NCBI RefSeq assembly: GCF_004010195.1
Contig: NC_057711.1
Location: forward strand, 78,707,738 to 78,771,737
Origin: Chiloscyllium plagiosum
Taxonomy: Eukaryota
Length of the DNA stretch: 64,000 bases
Direction: 5' to 3'
Positions 48,541 through 61,470 of the stretch are shown here, in pieces; positions within the stretch are counted from its first letter, which is position 1; each line of letters opens with the position of its first letter. The notes below the pieces were generated by a model that was not told the origin of the DNA, did not search any database, and worked only from the letters and a program-made list of their open reading frames with translations. The translations under genes and the position numbers were made by a program.

Positions 48541-51500
48541 GATTTGTGAAATGAAAATTGTTTGTTGAACCTGTTAGAGTTTTGAGGTACTAACAAAATT
48601 CATGAAGTGGTAGTTGATGGATGTAGTATACTTGGATTTTCAGAAACCTTTTGATAAAATTCTCCTATGGGAGGAAGGGGAATCTACAATTGGGGATAAC
48701 AGTCTGAGAACAAAAGTAATTTATTTAGAACTGAGATATTTCTTCACCCAGAGTTGTGAATCTTTAGAATTTTTGATCATTGAGCTACGGATACTCGATC
48801 ATTGAGTATATTCATGACAGATGATCATAGATATTTATATACTAAGAACATTAAGTGCTTTGGGTATTTTAAAGGAAGGTCAATTCTGGCAGATTAGCCT
48901 TGAATTAGTTGAATGTCAAAACAATCTCAAAGGAACAAATAGCTCCTTCTTGTTCTTAATTCTTATGTTTTTGTGTAACAGCCACCCTTCCCTCAGCAGC
49001 CAATCCATCAGCAAGAATTCATTCAGCTAAAAAGAAATCAAAATTTAAAAGCAAAAGCTGTCTAGTGATGGGTAATTTTCAGAAATTTGTCTAAAATCTG
49101 CCTTCCAGAATTCCACACAAGATTGAAAATCTGATATAAACTGTAAATGATTTCTTCAATCCATGCACACACACAACCAAACAATTTGTCAATAAACTAT
49201 TGAACCATAAATAAATCTACAGATTTGGAGCCATTGTGTATGAATGTGCACCATATACCTTGCAAGTACTAATTCTAGAGAAACCTCTCTCGAAGTGAGG
49301 CTGACCTGATATAATCAGGATCTCTTCATCAAAGCCATCTTAATTAGTATTTTGCTTCCAAATAAGTCCTCCCTTCATTGCAAAAAGAGAAGCCGTTAAT
49401 CTGCCAAGGACTGGATCTAACATTGGCCTAGAAATTCCACTGGGGACATGGTTGTTGCAGTAAGATAGATTGGAGTTGTGGGCTGGCACCATGCGGAAAT
49501 TGCAATGCAGCTGAATTTGTTGGAATTGAATTCTCTGGGAAATTGAAAATTTCCTTGCAGCTGTTGCCTGACTTTGGAATCTTCCAAAAATATCCTGAAC
49601 TCTGACTTCAAAGATGCTGCAACCTTCTCACTTGAAGTTTAGTTACCCAGGAGAGGTAAGAGGAATTAGAGCCTATTCTGACTCCTGTGTTGCTATTAAA
49701 ATGAACTTGACTCATTACTGACACCCACCCCATCCCCAGATACACCACCTTGGCCTGGTGTTTACCCCTCCTCCAGTTGCTGACTATGCAGGATCCAGAC
49801 CTGATCCCACAATCTCTCTTACTCTTTTGTGTTTGTTCTTGCACTCTCACTCTCTCTCACTCCCAGCTCACTGCCAGTACTCTCCAATCTAAACAAACCC
49901 CTCCTTTACCTGACCTCTCATCCCATCTTAAGTGCCCATCTATTTACCTGCCACCCAACTTCTGACCTACCTGCCCCTACACACTCAGTCATATAAGCAC
50001 CAAATCTCCCTTACCCATCTTGCACCAATGTCCCTCACCCATCCACTGACCAGGCACTGCTCTCTTAACTGTGTCACCCTCGCGCCACACACACACCCTT
50101 TCATAGTGACTGCAGAATGTTTAAACCACAGAATATGATGCTGGTGAAAGAGAGCATGTGGTTTCTGTGCTGATCTACTTTTTTGCTGACTGCAAACATT
50201 CCTGAATTGCTTTGTTACACAAAGCTCCTGGCCATGAATTAAAGAGCAGAACTGACCTAAATGTAAGTGTCTTTTGCTTGGCCATCAGGGTTGGTAATTG
50301 GGTTTCCAATCCTGATCAGAAAATCTGGGTCTGTTTCATAACATGAAACAGAGGACTCTTTGTTTCAGTCTTAAGGGCTTAATTCTCTGCTATATTGTTG
50401 AGCTGAAGGATACAAGTTTGTAACATGGAAACCTAATCAAAATTAAATCCACATTAACACAGGAGTCATTAATCTTCTCAACAGGATCAGTTATTGTCAA
50501 GGTATAATGCTTTTGTGCATCTACTGTATTTTGGTTACATACAGCTCAGTATGTATCAGAGTGGTGCTTTTGGAACTGACCCAGACCTATTATGTATGCA
50601 AGTCAGAAGTCTAGTAAATCTTTCAGGCCCTGTTGCCAAATTGCACAGTGTATGCTACAATCCGTTTCCTCCTGCACTCCTCTTCATTTGAACCACCTAC
50701 TGAAAGGAGCAACACAGCTTCACATTCTCAGTTAAATTTCACAGCAAACAGGTATGCCTGTTTTCACAGCTATCCCTCATTTACAGTCATTATCACTGTC
50801 TTTATCTTGTGCTCTGTACACACTCACCATCTCTCACCAGCAAGGAGGATCTTGCTCCTCTTTCCCTTTGGCACTAGCGTTTTCCAGCTCCTTTCAGTTC
50901 TGAAGCAGAGCCACACTAGACTCAAAACGTTCCTTCTCTTTCTCTCCACAGATACTGCTTACATATAGAGTGATACAGTACACAATAGGCCCATTGAGCC
51001 TGGTTTCACATATTTAAAACTAAGTCATTGCAAATTTTCCAACTAACCAGCAGGCCAAGCAAAAGTTTCCCTACACAGCCTGTGCCCAAGTCAGCCTCTT
51101 TAAGTTGCTATGTATGTGTGGGCATACAAATAGACTAAGAATGCACACATTTAAACAAACTGACTGCCACCACAAGAAGAAAATTAGGTAGCGCTTTGGT
51201 TACTGTTCATCCCCCTCCTAATTTCTTCCCCTCTGAATTATTTGATCTCGGTTTTCTCAGAACCAGTCATCAGTCTTTAGGGCTTCCAAAGCTATCTGGA
51301 AGTTTCCAGTACTATCCTATTTAGAATAACAAACTAGCTTGCCTCGGTCCTGCTTCCTGCTTCCTGCTGCCTTACGTATTGCACAGGGTAAAACTAATAT
51401 GCATATGTACAAGCAGGCGTTACTGAACGACATTAGTTACACCAGCAGAGAGGGTAATGTGACAAAATGCAATATATAGTGCACTCCTTCCCCACTTAAA

Positions 51501-51749
51501 AATAACTTTTTAAAAAATATAAAATGGCACAAGCATGTAATTTTTCAGAATAAAAAATGACTAAATTCACACCAGCATCTGATAATTGAACAGGTAGGGT
51601 TGCTTATTTGTTTCCAGTGTCATCATATCCGAAATGCTTACAATCGCTTATGCCAGAGTAACATACAAATAAGGAAAACCTTTTCCTTAACACCCTTACA
51701 TGTTGAACAAAGTATCACCATCTGAAAAGAAGCAATGACAATAACAAAT

Positions 51750-52010
51750 AAAGCAAAGAACTGTGAATCAAAAACAAATTTCTGTAGAAACTCAGCAGGT
51801 CTGGCAGCATCTGTGGATGTTTTGGATTCAGTGATCCTTCAGAACATCAAATCTGTGGATATTGGAAATCTCAAACAGAAATTGCTATAGCAACTCCGTA
51901 GGACTTCAGACCTTAAGACAGGTTACTGGACTCTAAATGTTAACTCTTATTCTCTTCATAGAGACTGGCAGACCTGCTGATCTTCTCTAGAGATGTCTGT
52001 TTTTGTCATC
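51750..52010. mobile_element. Degenerate palindromic Penelope-derived element
   Basis: ctcagcaggtctggcagcatctgtgga (minus arm) and ggcagacctgctga (plus arm). Confidence 0.55.
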
Positions 52011-52109
52011 AATTTTTTTTTCTTTTATATTTGAAGAGTTTAATTAAAGTTTCTTTCTTCTTCTGCCTTGATATCTCCCGTTTTCATCAGGTTGATCTGA
52101 TTTTTCAAC

Positions 52110-52400
52110 GTGAGGTAACACAGTGGCTAGCACTGCTGCCTCCCTGGGTTCGATTCCACCCTTGGGCAAGTATCTGTGTGGTGTTGAACATTCTCCCCGT
52201 GTCTGTTTCTGTTTCCTCCCACAGTCTAAAGACGTGCAGGTGAGGTGGATTGGCCACATTTAAGTTGCCTGCAATGTCCAGGCAGGAGGAGTAGCCATGA
52301 GAAATGCAGGGTAATGAGTCTGGTGAGATCCTCTTCGAAGGTTCGGTATGGACCCCAAGATTTGAATGAGTCCTGATTCCACACTCTCGGGATTTTATAT
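52110..52400 (+). mobile_element. HE1-related SINE, degenerate
   Basis: cacagtggctagcactgctgcctc...gggttcgattcc...attctccccgtgtctg...tttcctcccacagtctaaagacgtgcagg. Confidence 0.8.
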
Positions 52401-53569
52401 CTGACTGTTATGCTCTGAATTTTGAGTTTGACCATCAAGACGAGGTCTTACAGTACAGAATAGGCCCATTGAGCCTGGTTTCACAGTTAAAATGAAGTCA
52501 CTGCAAATTTTCCATCTAACTGGTGTGCCAAGCAAAAGTGATTGGAATGTGTAATCAATTGATTTGTCTTATGGTTTCATGGTCTTAGTCAAGTACCCTT
52601 TGCTGGATTCTGGAATATTGGCAAATTTTTACAGAATTTTGTAATCTTTGCTTTCTTTCTCACTTTATTTTGGACTATCAGAGGAATTTAGATTAGAGGA
52701 GGTTTCAACTTTTCTCCCTTGGTCAGAATTCCTCTCTCTCTTTCAAGCAAATACATTACACAACACCAATGAATCTCCAATTTTTACTTTATTTATAAAT
52801 TCACATTTCTTGACAACTTCAAATACATTTATGATGCACAAAAAAATTTAATGCTAAAGTAGTTAGGAATCAAAGTTAAAGCTGAGACCTCCATTTGAGA
52901 AGTTATGCAAAAGACCTCCTAATTGTGGGAAGGAGTTGCATACAGAATTATGTGGACAGCAGATAATTAGAAAAAACAAAATTATTTGTCAAGGAGATTA
53001 GTCGGAACATGGAGTAAAGAGAGAGAGAAAAAATAAGAATACATTCAGATGATATCCAAGCATAGAAAGACAACCTTATCACAGGAGAGCAACAAACTCC
53101 ATTCAGTTTGCAAGGTCCACAAACTCTAAAGACGCAAGTGAGGACAGTAGGCCAGATAACAGACGCTAAGAGTCTCAGAACAACGGAACTGCACAGCCTG
53201 CCTTTTAAAAATGCTGTAGAACAAAGAGAACATGTAGATATTGAATACAGTTTCAGAGCAGCAAAAGGTTAAATAGCTACAAACACGGATGTTTGTGAGG
53301 TAGAGCAACATACAGTAGAAGAGAAATCAGGGAAATTAGTGATCCAAGCCAATCATTTTGGTGAAAAGAGATATATGTCAATGTAGATTTGATTAATTTT
53401 AAGCTCAGTATGAAAGCATGTATCATTATATTTATAGATTGTATACCATGTATGAAGTAACACTGGTTACAGCCTATAACAGTGAAACAACAGGAAGTGT
53501 AGATTTTGAGATTAACGGTATGCTGTAGGCAACTCTGCAGCACAAAGTAGTACAGAATAGATACATACT

Positions 53570-55290
53570 TCACAACTGATACATTCAAAAGATCAAAGTT
53601 GGACGTAGCAGGTATAAAATGTACTTTTGAGTAGGAGTACTCTAAATTGTTAACAGTAATAAAGAGAATTAATTTTGAAGAAAGATGTGATGCAGTTATA
53701 TTTCCATACACTAAGGTAGATACTGATTGCCTGAATAAAACAAGGTCAGAAGCAACTTGAAGAAATGCCCAGGTATCATTTTCCCTGTTGTAAAAACTGA
53801 TTGTATTGTCTTCAGTCATGGAGCCATAAGAATTAGTATTGATCCTTACACAGCTCATCAAGGTGATGAGGAGAGAAAAACACTCTTTATCTATAGTAAG
53901 TGAGAATGTAACCAAATTTTCTAAAAGGAGAGAAAATTCGATTCTGATGAAGTCATTAGATTAGCATTCATAACTATTTAACACATTTGTCAGTCTATTT
54001 GCAAGACTGTGCTTCCACACATTGCCGGTTGGGATTTCCCAGCCACAGAGGTTTTGCAATGGGCTATATCCAATATGCTGCAATGTTTAGAAAGTATCAT
54101 ATGCCACATAGGCAACATATCTATGATGAGATGGTCGAAGGTCATGACCACATGGTTTATAATGTCTACATACTGAAAATAAATGTAAATTTTCTGAGGG
54201 ATCTTTTGTCAACAATGATGGAACAATGGCAAACCAATGGTAACAAAAGCTTTTAGGGCTTTCACACCTGAAATTTGTTCATGACCTGCAAAGACTTCTC
54301 TGGAAGGTAAGATAGTTGGCAAAATTCTCTGCCTCATTTGGCTCCAATGACTGAACTGTTGAGACAACTCCTTACTGAAATTGAAGACTGGTGTTGGAAT
54401 CAACATCAGGGGGATCCTTTCCAAAAGGTGAAGGACATGCTGATATTAACTCATTACAATTTATACTTCCAAACCATTACAGTTACTGAAACTTCAGCTA
54501 TACTGTTAGGAGCAGTGCTGTTTCGGGAGCAACAGGATGGGCATCAGAAACTGGGGTACTGTGCCTCCAGAGCATTGACAGACATGGAGACACATTAAGG
54601 AGTCATTTAGAATGAGGCTGTCTTAGTTACACATGCTCATGAGAAATTTCCAGATTATATTCTTGGCCTGAAAGTGTTCATAGAGATGAATATCAACAAT
54701 TGGTATCCCTGTTAGATGAGAAAGTGTTGGCAAGGATGTGTCCATGGATACAGAGATTCAAACTCTGCTTTGTAAAGTTTGCCTATGAAAAAAGGTGTGT
54801 ACAGGCAAAGCTGCAAATGAAAATTGATGCATTTCCAAGAGTCAATGTTGACAACCTTATAAAATGTAATGAGGAATTTGTTTATGAAATTGAGTTGTAT
54901 GATCTGCTCCTGGCACAACATTGTAGTATACAGAAGCCAAAATAGGGTCAAACAACTACAAATGGAAGAATAACCCAAAAGTGTGTTACTATTCCTTTCT
55001 GGCAAAGAATGGACAGAACAAAAGGTCAATTTGTAATCCATGAAGACCTGTTTAGAGTATAGTTAGCATTTCACATAGAAGACTTGCTGGTTTTTGAAGC
55101 AAGTTTGGTTGTTCTAGATTTACTGTGGGAATAAACAGGAACAGACAGATTATCTTATTGCTGTTGACTATTTTTACCAGTAGTAAATAAAAGTTATACG
55201 CCACCATCACATTTGCAGTTGTTCGGGTCTTGTGTGAAATATTTGCTAAATGAGGAATTCCTGACATAATGGTTTCTTCAGGAGGTATTG
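53570..55290 (+). mobile_element. Decayed Ty3/Gypsy pol (protease-RT-RNase H-integrase relics)
   Basis: KLDVAG (protease-like), TQLIKVMRREKH, LGAVLFREQQDG...YCASRALTDME, EKFPDYILG, RMCPWIQRFKL and EIFAK*GIPDIMVS, in Gypsy domain order, with many stops and frameshifts. Confidence 0.8.
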
Positions 55291-55489
55291 ACATTTATAC
55301 ATCCTTGTCAAATTACTGCACTCTCAACTCTTCCTCTGCACGATCCATCCACCAAGTTCTTCAGGGCCAAATTGGATAATCACACACCCATTTCACTGTA
55401 ACATGCTTCAAAATCTTTTTTGCAAACTTTCCAGTTTAATAACATCATTCCTCTAGCAGGTGATCAGAATTGTATGCAGGACTCCAAAT

Positions 55490-55697
55490 ACAGTTATTTC
55501 TTCTATAACCCGATAGTTGCATTCCTGTGCGACCCTACCCTCTGCAAGAATCGCACAATACAAATCACACTTAAAGTGTTGGTGATGCAATTGCACTATT
55601 GCTAAAAGTTTGTGCTTTAGAAACAGCATCGCCTATTTGTCAATCGCAATACAGTGAATTCGCGTTGACTAAACACATGTTACATCAGAATGACCTA
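55490..55697. mobile_element. Possible Tc1/mariner (Tigger-like) MITE inside a CR1 fragment
   Basis: Imperfect terminal inverted repeats cagttatttcttctataac / gttacatcagaatgacct with adjacent TA. The CR1 sequence resumes on both sides. Confidence 0.4.
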
Positions 55698-56950
55698 AAG
55701 GCCTTGCCAATGTCTTGTACAGCCAGAACATAACCAACTCTTGCACACAATGCTCTGACTGTTGAGTATTGAACAGTTCCCAGACCTGAACTCCTTGCAG
55801 TGTCTCTTTATGTACATTTTCATTTTGTGAGATAAAAATAAGAGAAAATAGGAGTTTACAAATTTACGTGGTCCAAGTACAATGACATCCAGCTATAATA
55901 TAGTTTCACGTATTCAATCCTGACATTTGCTTTTTTATAGACTTCCAATGTAAAAGTTGTTCTTGAAAAGTAAGCAAGAGCAAAAAGGACAAAACTTTAC
56001 ATTGAATCATTATAGAGTAAAATTTACTAATTTTACTCAATTGCAATGCCATTATATCTAATTCAATCTTCTCCTTCTCAAAATGCAGGGTGAATTCTGT
56101 AATATTATGGTCAAAGGTCCCTTGGAATTCCTTCACCTTCAGCTTCCTAATCAGGTCTACCTCATTACTCTTCACTACCTGTTCCCTCGTGGGGCTTACC
56201 ACAAGCTGCTCCAAAACAAAATCTTGTAGACATTCCAGAAATTCCTTTCCTCGAGATCTGCTAGCCTATCATTGTAGCTCTATATTACCAAAAATGTTTA
56301 GCCTGTCCTTTTATTTTATCTGCTACTTCAATGGTGGTCATTGTTTCAAACTGAGTAACAAACTAATTTATAAAATCTAAAAGCAACATACAATGGATGC
56401 TGGAGAACTGAAATAAAAACAGAAAGTGCTGGAAGATCTCAACAGGTCTGGCAGCATCTGTGGAGAGAGAAACAGAATTAACGTTTCCTTTAGAACTGGA
56501 TCAAATTGATAAAAAAATACTTCTGCACTTGAGTATTACTCAGTATTACTAAGCTTTATTGGAATGAAATAGAGTAAAGGACATTAACAATATTTTTTAG
56601 ACACTGCAAAAGATTGCAACATGTAGGCAGCATGCCAAAAGTGCACTATTTCTGGAGTCATTGCATGGCATCCCCAAGTCTAGTCAAAATAATTCTCTTG
56701 TAGAAGCAGACGACGGGCTCCAATTAGGTTCAATCATAGGAAACATAAAAACCTGTCACTGTGCAAAATAACTGATGAGCCTTGGACGCTTTGAAGAATT
56801 TGTGGCTGAAATTTGGCTCAGTAAGGCTGAAGCCACATTGTGGAATGTTTACCAAATACTCTGGAGTACTTTACTGTCAAGAGCGAAGTTATATGGTTGC
56901 ATCCCAAGGAAATATATATTGCAGTGACTCACATAGGAATGAGCACAGGA

Positions 56951-59900
56951 TTCCATGAGATCTAACCTTGCTAATCTAGGTGGGCGGCACGGTGGCACAG
57001 TGGTTAGCACTGCTGCCTCGCAGCGCCAGAGACCCGGGTTCAATTCCCGACTCAGGCGACTGACTGTGTGGAGTTTGCACGTTCTCCCCGTGTCTGCGTG
57101 GGTTTCCTCCGGGGGCTCCGGTTTCCTCCCACAGTCCAAAGATGTGCAAGTCAGGTGAATTGGCCATGCTAAATTGCCCCTAGTGTTAGGTAAAGGGGTA
57201 AATGTAGGGGTATGGGTGGGTTACGCTTCGGCGGGTCGGTGTGGACTTGTTGGGCCGAAGGGCCTGTTTCCACACTGTAAGTAATCTAATCTAATCTAAT
57301 CAGTCTCCCATGGGGAACCTTGTCGAACGCCTTACTGAAGTCCATATAGATCACATCTACTGCTCTGCCCTCATCAATCTTCTTTGTTACTTCTTCAAAA
57401 AACTCAATCAAGTTTGTGAGACATGATTTCCCACACACAAAGCCATGTTGACTATCCCAAATCAGTCCTTGCCTTTCCAAATACACATACATCCTGTCCC
57501 TCAGGATTCCCTCCAACAACTTTCCCACCACCGAGGTCAGGCTTGCCGGTCTATAGTTCCCTGACTTGTCTTTACCGCCCTTCTTAAACAGTGGCACCAC
57601 GTTTGCCAACCTCCAGTCTTCTGGCACCTCACCTGTGACTATCGATGTTAGGAATTTATCCACCTATGTGCATTTCAAGACGTCCAGACCTCCTCCTCTG
57701 TAATATGGACATGTTTCAAGATGTTACTATTTATTTCTTCAAGTTCTCTAGATTCCATATCCTTCTCCACAGTAAACACTGATGCAAAATTCTTGTTTAG
57801 TATCTCCCCCATTTCCTGCAGTTCCACAGAATGGCAGCCTTGCTGATCTTTAAGGGGCCTTCTTCTCTCCCTAGTTACTCTTTTGTCCTTAATGTATTTG
57901 TAGAATCCCAATGGATTCTCCTTAACTCTATTGCCAAAGCTATTTCATGTCCCCTTTTTGGCATCATGATTTCCCTCTTAAGTATACTCCTATTGTTTTT
58001 ATACTCTCCAAGGAATTCACTCAATCTCTGCTGTCTATACCTAACATATGCTTCCTTCTTTTTCTTGACTAAAACCTCAATTTCTCTAGTCATCCAACAT
58101 TCCCTACATCTACCAGCCTTGCCCTTCACCCTAACATGAACATACTACCTCTGGACTCTCATTATTACTTGTTTGAAGGCTTCCCATTTTCCAGCTATCC
58201 TTTTACCTGTGAATATCTACCCCCAAACATCTTTTGAAAGTTTTTGCCTAATGCTGTCAAAATTGACCTTCCTCCAATTTAGAACTTGTAACTTTTGAAT
58301 CTGGTCTACCCTTCCCCATCACTACTTTAAAACTAATAGAATTATGATCACTGGCCCCAAAGTGCTCCCCCCATGACACCTTAGTCACCTGCCGTGCTTT
58401 ATTTGTACCTTCTCTATTCTTGGACACACTTAACGAGTTCCTCTCCATCCAAACCTTTAACACTATGGCAGTCTCAGTCTATGTTTGGAAAGTTAAACTC
58501 CCCTTCCATAACTACCCTATTATTCTTACGATAACTGAGATCTCCTTACAAATTTGTTTCTCAATTTTCCACTGACTACTGGGGGGGTTCTATAGTAAAA
58601 TCTCAATAAGGTGATAATGTCTTTTGTCTCAGTTCTATCCAAATAACTTCCCCGGACATTTTCCTGGGAATATCCTCCCTAAGTATAGCCGTAATGTTAT
58701 CCCTAATCAAAAATGCCACTCCCCCTCTCAATCCTTCCTATTGCTTCTATACCCTGGAACATTAAGCCTCCAGTCCTGTCCATCCTTGAGCCACATCTCT
58801 ATAAGCACTATGATATTCTGTTCCCATGTTTCCAACCATGTCCTGAGTTCATCTGCCTTAATTATTAGGCCTCTTGCATTGAAATAAATGCAGTTTAATT
58901 TATCAGTCCTACCTCATTCTCTGCTTTGTTCCTGCCTGCCCTGACTGTTTGACTTGCTCGTTTTCCCAAGTGCACCAGGCTCAGACTGTTCTCTTTCCTC
59001 ACTATCTCCTTGGGCCCCACCTCCTCCACCCACCTAGTTTAAATCGTCCTGAGCTGCTCTAGTAAATCTTCCCACCAATATATTGGTCCCCTTCTAATTC
59101 AGATGCAATCTGTCCTCCTATATTTTCTCCTCAGTACCTCATCCTTTTACCTTTCTGTGTCTTTAGTTCCAATTTGTTCAATGACCTCCTGCTGGTCCCT
59201 CTCCCCTTTCAGAATATTCTACACCCTCTCCAGGATTCCCTTGATCCTGGTACCAAGGAGGCAACACACCATTCTGATGTCTCGTAGTCAGCTGAGAAAC
59301 ATAATCTGTGCCTTTCACAAGGGAGTCTCCTGTTACCATCAAATGCTTTCAACCTGACATACCCCTTGTTACAATAGAGCCAGTCTTGGTGCCAGAATTC
59401 TGGTTGTCAGTGTTACATTCTCCTGAGAGACCATCACCCCCTACATTTTCTAAAACAGCAGACTTGTTTGAGATGGGGATAGACACAGGAGAGTCTCGCA
59501 CCACCTGCCTTCCTCACCTACTTTTCCTGCAGGTGACCTGCTGTGTCTGCGATTTCTTTCTCTTCCTGCAACCACCATTCATCACACCCCCTAGCTCTTG
59601 TAAATTCCTCACTACCTCTAATGGTTGCTCCAACTGATCTATGTGATCTAAAAGGATTTGCAACCAAACACACTTCCTGCAGACATAATCATCAGTAACA
59701 CGGTAATCTCCCACATCTGACAGGCAGAGTGCATTCACTCTACTAAAGGCCTTCTTTGCAGCTTAGCAATATACAGACCTAGAAAATAGCAGTCATGTTG
59801 CTCTAAAACCACTGGTCCAGGTCAATCTAGTACCTCTGCTTTATATTTTTAAAGTTTAATCACGAGACAGATCTCATAAAATATATAATAAAAAAACCCA

Positions 59901-60335
59901 GTTGACTCACTATTGCAGATTTAGAAAAAAACTGTAACGTTACATATTAGAAAAAATGGCCACTTAACTGCTCGCCTGCTTGAGCTCCCCCACACAGGTT
60001 TCTCCAAGGTCAGCTGTGAATTTCACTGTTTATTTTTCTTAGAATGCACTCTGATATCCCGAGATACTTGAAACTTATCAGCAGAGGCAGTCAGCTGTGC
60101 AGATTCACTGCTCCATTTTCTCACCTCTCAAGTGGTCCCTGTTGCTCTCTCTTTCTCCTCTTTTAAGTGCCATTGTTTTGATCTTTTATTCTAAAGTTCC
60201 AAAACAATGCAACAACTTATAAAACAGTAATTACTGCTCCAAGAATTTGAGAAAATCAACTTCAACATTGAAAATCCATCAAAATAGGAGCAGGTCTTCC
60301 AGCCACAATGTCTTCCTGTCCTTCACCCTAGACTA
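56951..60335 (-). mobile_element. CR1 LINE 5' half (5' UTR, ORF1, endonuclease, start of RT), 3'-truncated
   Basis: ORF1-like DDYVCRKCVWLQILLDHIDQLEQ (Cys motif plus heptad repeat), EHFGASDHNSISF (APE C-terminus), GFYKYIKDKRVTRE, and PEDWRLANVVPLFKKG...YMDFSKAFDKVPHG. Confidence 0.9.
56982..57300 (+). mobile_element. HE1-type V-SINE, full length, CpG-rich (young)
   Basis: Intact A box (tggcacagtgg), B box (ggttcaattcc), V-domain, CR1-like tail and (CTAAT)n end. Confidence 0.95.
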
Positions 60336-60739
60336 CCCAGGATCCTTTTTAGTGCTAATAACATGCACAGAACTTCAGATCACACTTGTGCTTACATCAG
60401 AAGTGACTGAAAACCCTGTAGTGTATCCTGTGAGAAAAGATGGACCAGGAGGAGGGATATTTATGCAAAATATGGGTAAAGTGTTGTATGAAAGTGTTCA
60501 TCATGAATTGGTGGCAGTTATTCTGAATCTCTCAGTTACCATCGTGGTATCCAAAACCTTTACTTAGCATTTATAATGAATTTTTAAAAAAGTTGTTTAG
60601 TCAAGAAGTCGTCACAATTAAGGGACAAACAGGAAGTACAATTAAACAATTAACTTTTCAGGTTAAAGGTATATTGGGTGCAATGAATTATAACAAAATT
60701 TAGTAGTCAGGCAGGGGACACAACCAACAATGTTGTGTT

Positions 60740-61470
60740 TCATAGAAAATAGAACTGTACAGCACAGGAACAGGCCCTTCAGCCCACGATGTTGTGCCAA
60801 ACATGATACCACATAAAACTAACCCCTTCCATCTGGCCTTGGTTCATATTCCTCCATTCCTTGCATATTCATGTGCTTATCTAAAAGACTTTTAAATGCC
60901 TTTATTGTTCTGCCTCAACCACCATCCCTGGCAGTGCATTCCAGAGTCCTAGTACTCTCTGTGTACAAAACCTGCCCCTCATGTCTCCTTTGAACATTTC
61001 CTCCCTTTCACTTTAAATACATCCCTCTAGTCTTAGAGATTTCAATTCTGGGAAAAAGATTCTGACTGTAAATTCTATCTATGCATCTCATAATTTTATA
61101 GACTTTGATCAAGTCTCCCCACAACCGCCACTGCTCAAGAGAAAACAGCCAGAGTTTTTCTAGCCTCTCATAGAGTCATACAGTCATGGATATGTACAGC
61201 ATGGAAACTTCAGTCTAACTCATCCATACCATCCAGTTATCCTAAATTAATCTTGTCCCATTTGTCAGCACTTGGTCCATAACCCTCTAAACTCTTCCTA
61301 TTCATAAACCTATCCAGGCGCCTTTTAAATATTGTAATTGTATCTGCCTCCATCACTTCCTCTGGCAACTCATTCCATACATGCACCACTCTTTGCATGA
61401 AAAGGTTGGCCCTTTGGTCCCTTTTATATCTTTCACCTTTCACCCTAAACCTATGTCTTCTAGTTCTGGA
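60740..61470 (-). mobile_element. Two CR1 3' ends of different subfamilies (60740-61168, 61170-61470)
   Basis: Both show WN.LP..V.EA motifs on the minus strand and have distinct 3' UTR tails. Confidence 0.85.

Noticed and set aside
53277..53915. Longest ORF in the track (212 aa, minus strand)
   Set aside because: It is antisense to the decayed Gypsy relic, has low-information composition and shows no recognisable domain.
56982..57050. tRNA-like sequence with A and B boxes (also at 1605-1672)
   Set aside because: It is the head of an HE1 SINE, continuous with the V-domain and tail, not a tRNA gene.
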